Made by a program: the position numbers and the translations under genes. A DNA stretch of 64,000 nt from Ginglymostoma cirratum (taxonomy: Eukaryota), in contig JAHRHZ010000140.1 in the NCBI GenBank assembly GCA_024137785.1, positions 30,671,687 to 30,735,686 on the forward strand, written 5' to 3'. Below the pieces are notes generated by a model, which worked only from the letters and a program-made list of their open reading frames with translations, was not told where the DNA came from and ran no database searches. Positions 59,067-64,000 of this stretch are shown piece by piece. The number at the start of each line of letters is the position of its first letter. Position 1 is the stretch's first letter.

Positions 59067-62000
59067 CAAGAACTTCTAAGGCTTTTGTGAGATGCTGATC
59101 AAAACTCTCACCATCTCTGTACAGGGAGAATTCCATTATGCCTAATGCTTCTTAATTGGAGGGAATTCCAAGGTATCCATGGAGTCTCCCAGATTCATGC
59201 ACTTGATTACTCAGGAGCGAGTGAAAAGAAGACTCATATCCTTTTCTCCCCTTGGCCTAGTATGTAAGTTGAATAAGATAGAAACCCACAGCTTCAAGCT
59301 GAATGATGTACCTGTTGGCCATTTTCTCCACACTTGAATCATTGGGAAGTATTTGTTTTAGTACTTCAGAGATAACCAAAGATGACTCTAACCAGGTTCA
59401 ATGAGAAGGAGTTTTATTATGATGGTGTTAAAATGCTTAGATTCTCATTCTGTTGCTTGCTTTCAGTTTCTCTGTAACCAAAACCATTGACTTGACTCAG
59501 TATAGTGAGCAGTCAACATACCATAAACACTGTACAATTGAACACAACAGGAAGGAGCCTCAACTGTAAAAGGACAGTTGCTACTTACAATGAAAAGATG
59601 AATATCACTTGAAGTCAAACTTTCTTTGCAAACTTTAAAATTAAAGTCAACCATCAGGACTTAGAAAGACATGTGCTAGGTATTGCAAATCAGCAACTTA
59701 AGTAAGAGGAAGTTAACACAAGTACAAATTGACTCAACACCATGGCACAAGGATGAAAAGGATCATCAATACAGAATCAAAAACAGAATAAGAAAAATTA
59801 ACTAAATTTTAAATAGTGAACAAAAACTTACTGATGATGCATTTAATATGTGAGGTATTTGCTGATCCAGCCATGAATTCCTGCAGAATACCAATACTTA
59901 TTCTAGTCTCATTCCAAATTTTGAAAAATGACAAAATAGATGAATTTTTAAGGACTCCTTAATTTTTCTACAAGTCATGAGAAGAATACTAAATTTGAAC
60001 AGAATGGCTGCTGACATGATGCATCGTTAAACAGAATATCATATTTTTCGATTTGAATCCATATGATGTTTACTTGAAATTGTGATTCTTACAGCTTAAA
60101 ATGTCAAAAATGTAGACAGTATTTACTAAGTTTCAGGATATTCAGGACTATGCTTATAGAGAACTTGCAATAGAAATATAAAATCTTTATATGCAATTTG
60201 CCATTTCTTTTATGGTTTCTCTCAGTGGTTTCCAATACTTTAATTTCAAAAATAGTTACTCAATCTCTAAAACCTGTACCTGTGGGAGCGTGGTTTTTGG
60301 ATTACACAATATATGAGTGCAACATCTTGTTCCTAGTGTGAACTAACCTCTTCCCTAACTTGGAACTACCATGAGGGCTTGAGTGACTGCATTGGCTCAC
60401 TTGCAGTTGTCTCTGCTGATATTCTAGCTTTACTGGAAGGTTATCTTCAGCTCCAATCAAGCCACAGTGCACTGTGTATGTCAAGTAGTAGCTCCTCAAT
60501 TGAGTATTTTTTCCACATCATTCTCTTGCGAACGTATGCACCCAACATTGCTGACGCCACTTTGGACCATTTGTGTTAAGCTTGTGTCCTTTATAATCAG
60601 TTGTCTTGCAAGATTTCAAGTTCTCTGGAAAAGTGTGGTATATGACAAGCTCTCTAGGCAAGATAGCACACTGGAAACGTATCCTTTGGTCTGCTCTCTA
60701 AGAAAATGTGCTAACCTGTCTAGAAATGTGTGTGCTAAAGGCAGTGGACTCTCTCAGTAGGTTGTTTCTGTGCCAAATGTTTCCTAAAATGAGGTAGAGA
60801 GCTCCCCCATTGCAAAATTTGGTATGACCCACCACCTGAGAAGTTAATTTGGGAACAGTTGTGCCTTCAGCCAGAAAATGCTTTACGTTATCAAATTTGC
60901 AAAATTAGCGTGGTAATATCCAAACATAATAATTAAAATCTGACATAAAAGTAAGTTAAATAGTGAGTCATATTGGCTGTTCCTCACTCCCTAAAGCTTT
61001 GTTTTTGTTAACAATACCAACTTGCATTCATTGTTGAATGAATGCTTCAAGTTTTGATACAATGATATCAACCATCTTTCCCCAGACTGAATTAACCGGT
61101 TTTGTAACACACTGATACACTTTCATGTATACTTTTCCACAGCATTTAACTGGCTTGGAAAGACTTGTGTATGGGAAGTAGCTGAATCTAGTAGGATTCT
61201 GACAAGAGCGTTTCTGCACAAAGTGCTTTTAAATGATGTGATACATGATTCATGGAGTCCACTTCAACTAAGAGCAACTTCAATTTAGCTGCAATATATT
61301 TTGACCCATCCCTTTTAGGCATTTTTGTTGGCAATGCCTGCTGGAAACAGCAATTAACTACTAGGAGTAAAAATAGTATTTAGTCAGATAGCTCAACATC
61401 AGCCTCCATGTAAAGAACCTCACAATGATTTGTGTAAATAGCAGATAGTTTTAATAGCAAGCATCAGCAAAAAAAAACATCATATATCCTTCACAGCATA
61501 CTGCCCTGATTAAAATCTTAACTACAACATTTAAGATGTAGATGATACTAATAGATGGCTGGTGTTAACAAAACAAATTACAGGCTTCATAAAATCTGCC
61601 TGCAATCTGATTGCTTGCTGCCAGATTGTCTTTAATGGCACCAAGTGCAGAGATTTCGAACAGCATCACAAGGAGTCTTGAGTACACATTTATAATATGC
61701 CCTTGGGGCACTGTCCAGTACACAAAGAGGACTTGTGGACTTTGTAGAACTTAACCCTTTGAGATCTGATCTGTATTCTGGGAACATTTCACTGCAAATG
61801 ACAAAGTATTAATTTTTTTCAGTAAAGTACATCGAGCAACTATCTATAATTAATCCCTGTGCTTACTTTTTCACTAAAAAACAACAACAGGACTATAGTT
61901 ATATTTCAGTGTTGAGCATTTTAGCAATCAAGAAATAACTGCTGTTTTGGTGTTAGCAGTAATTCTAATTTATTACTGTCTAACTACGACAGTCACTGGT

Positions 62001-62649
62001 ATTCCACTATAAGTGGAAGTAATGCATTTTCACTGGCCAACTGGATCATCACCATCACTCCATCCCAGATTCCTCATATAACGATGAAGCTTAGGGAGCA
62101 GTTGATTGAAGGACATCTGCCAATTACTAAGATCCGGGGATATTTTAAAACATTAAGGGATATTTCAAAACATTAGGCAAAATCTTTGTGTCATCAAAAC
62201 ACAATGAGTATAATGTGCAGAACTTTAGAAGATAATCCGCAATGCAGCAGAACTTGAGTGCATGCTGTGAGCACATTCTTTTCCAGAACCATGACAATTT
62301 TCCAGTTTAAGGATACTTAAGAATAACCTCAAGCTTTATATGTTGAGAGTAGGTGATTGACAAAAATTGACAAGAATTGCTGCTGCATGTTAAAAATAAG
62401 AAAAGAATTACAATAGATTTTGAGGTTATTTTTCCATGATGTGGAACAAGCCATTGAACCTCCAGAAGCATACATTTTATTCAACATTTTTCTACCCATT
62501 CTTCCGAGAAGGCATTATCTCGGACAGGAACATGACTCCACAGGCATCAGGACCTGTGTTAGTTCAACCAAGAGAGTTAGGACAGTTAGTATTGCCAGGA
62601 TATTCATTAATAAATGTATCCCAACTGTGTTTTACAGTGACCTCAGCGA

Positions 62650-62790
62650 ACGTCTCTTACCCAATATTCACACATGAATCTTCCTAAAGGTTTCACTGGT
62701 TAACAACCAGATGCAGGGACCCTCTTACTCTTAGCTCAGTGACGCTGAGGCTATTTGGTGATCTGCTGAGTCAGACAAATTAGCCAATGA
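62650..62790 (-). mobile_element. Possible ancient SINE fragment
   Basis: ccaatattcacacatg...tcactggttaacaaccagatgcagggaccc...gctgaggcta resembles an old fish/shark SINE body. Recognition only, no second clear copy. Confidence 0.25.
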
Positions 62791-64000
62791 TCCCAAACTA
62801 ATTCTAAAATAAATGTACTCTTAATACAAATTGGAACAAGTTAAAGCAAATAAATATTTAAGAGTATTTTGAAGACAGGGAAGAAAAATATTTAAAACTT
62901 TTCACCACTCCAGTTGCAACCCCCAACTACTTTTAATTGTGAGAGTCACCAGTGATTGATGATTCGTAGTTCTGATTTCAAAAGGGAGTGCCTCTTACAC
63001 AGGGATAACAGTTTGTAAACTGGGGCAGACTTTGACATGATGGGGAATGATTATAAAAACAGGACAAGTTACTCTAAATATTGGAGTTGTTGGCATTTGA
63101 ACATGGAAAATAAAACATGGTTATGCCTCTGGCTTCCCAATACTTTGGCTGAGTTTTGATTAGTCTTGAAATGAATGATGAGTTGAGCCTGATCAAAATG
63201 TTGAACCCAAGGTCCCATGCCAGTTTTTGAACCCTGTTCCATTGTGCTTACTCTATACATGGATGTCATATACTGAATGCACTGATCAATGACACTGAGA
63301 GGGACCAAAGGAGGCCTCTTAGAAAACAGAGCTAAAGGTTTCATCGAGGTCAGAAAGAGAACCATAGATCCCTACAAAAATCTGTCCTGTTGCTGACTCT
63401 TCAGTGTGGTCGCTAGATTAGGGGCCTTAGTACTTAATACTCCCAGGGTCTAGCTTTTGGTTCAGCTTTGTGAAGGGATTTTGCTGCATCCCTCACTCAT
63501 AGTAATCTGCTGGTGGGTGCTCACTTAGAACAGGAAGTTTGCCATAGTATTTAAATGCATTCCAACCGCAGAAATTGTTTGTGTTACCCAAGGGCCTCTG
63601 CACATAAAATGGATTTTTTCTTTCATAACACACATCCAATGTATGCCCAAGTTGAACATTGCTCCAAGTGTTGTTTACATATCTATGATGTATTGAAAAC
63701 CAGATTTGCTCCTGGCTATTGCTCTCAATTGCCCTTTAGCACTATTACTTTTCAAGAATTAAGTTAATCTACTTCCCTTCTTTCCAAGGTAAGAAAGATG
63801 ACAGAAACAAGCCCGTAAAACATCGAGTTTTATAGATGCGGAAGCTGAATGTAAAAGCATATGATGAAAACACACACTTTAGAGCAGTTAAATTCACTAT
63901 CAAGACAGGAGTCCAGCCATATGTTAAATGATTTTGCACAAAAAGACAGTGCTCCATTTGCATTCAAATCACTTGAAAACAAATGACTAAATGTTTGCCA

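Noticed and set aside
60300-60760. Overlapping short ORFs in unique sequence
   Set aside because: No domain similarity or splice structure recognised.
1-64000. CRISPR array, prokaryotic operon, rRNA or mitochondrial insertion
   Set aside because: No regularly spaced direct repeats, no dense long ORFs, and no rRNA or mitochondrial motifs seen. The content is vertebrate repeat-rich non-coding DNA.

Overview
Eukaryotic, AT-rich (about 40% GC by eye) non-coding DNA, very probably from a cartilaginous fish (shark), inferred from its repeat complement: V-SINE/HE1-type and DeuSINE-type SINEs, CR1 and L2 LINEs, Penelope-like elements (PLEs), and Gypsy and Harbinger remnants. I could not recognise any intact host protein-coding gene, tRNA or rRNA gene, CRISPR array or prokaryotic operon; every ORF I could assign is a decayed transposon fragment. 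The window has two repeat-dense zones (about 1-16.5 kb and 36.9-59.1 kb) flanking a roughly 19-kb almost transposon-free block (16.6-35.8 kb) with clustered developmental transcription-factor motifs, which looks like an intronic or intergenic regulatory landscape. The most striking structure is a Penelope-derived system. It comprises a 2.5-kb head-to-head inverted PLE insertion inside one target-site duplication (TSD), several solo PLE tails with clean 11-14 bp TSDs, short fold-back mini-elements whose junctions fall in the ribozyme motif, and about ten full or partial copies of a minimal hammerhead-ribozyme motif, most mutated at the same CpG. Family names come from my recognition of motifs, not from database searches, and boundaries of old repeats are approximate.
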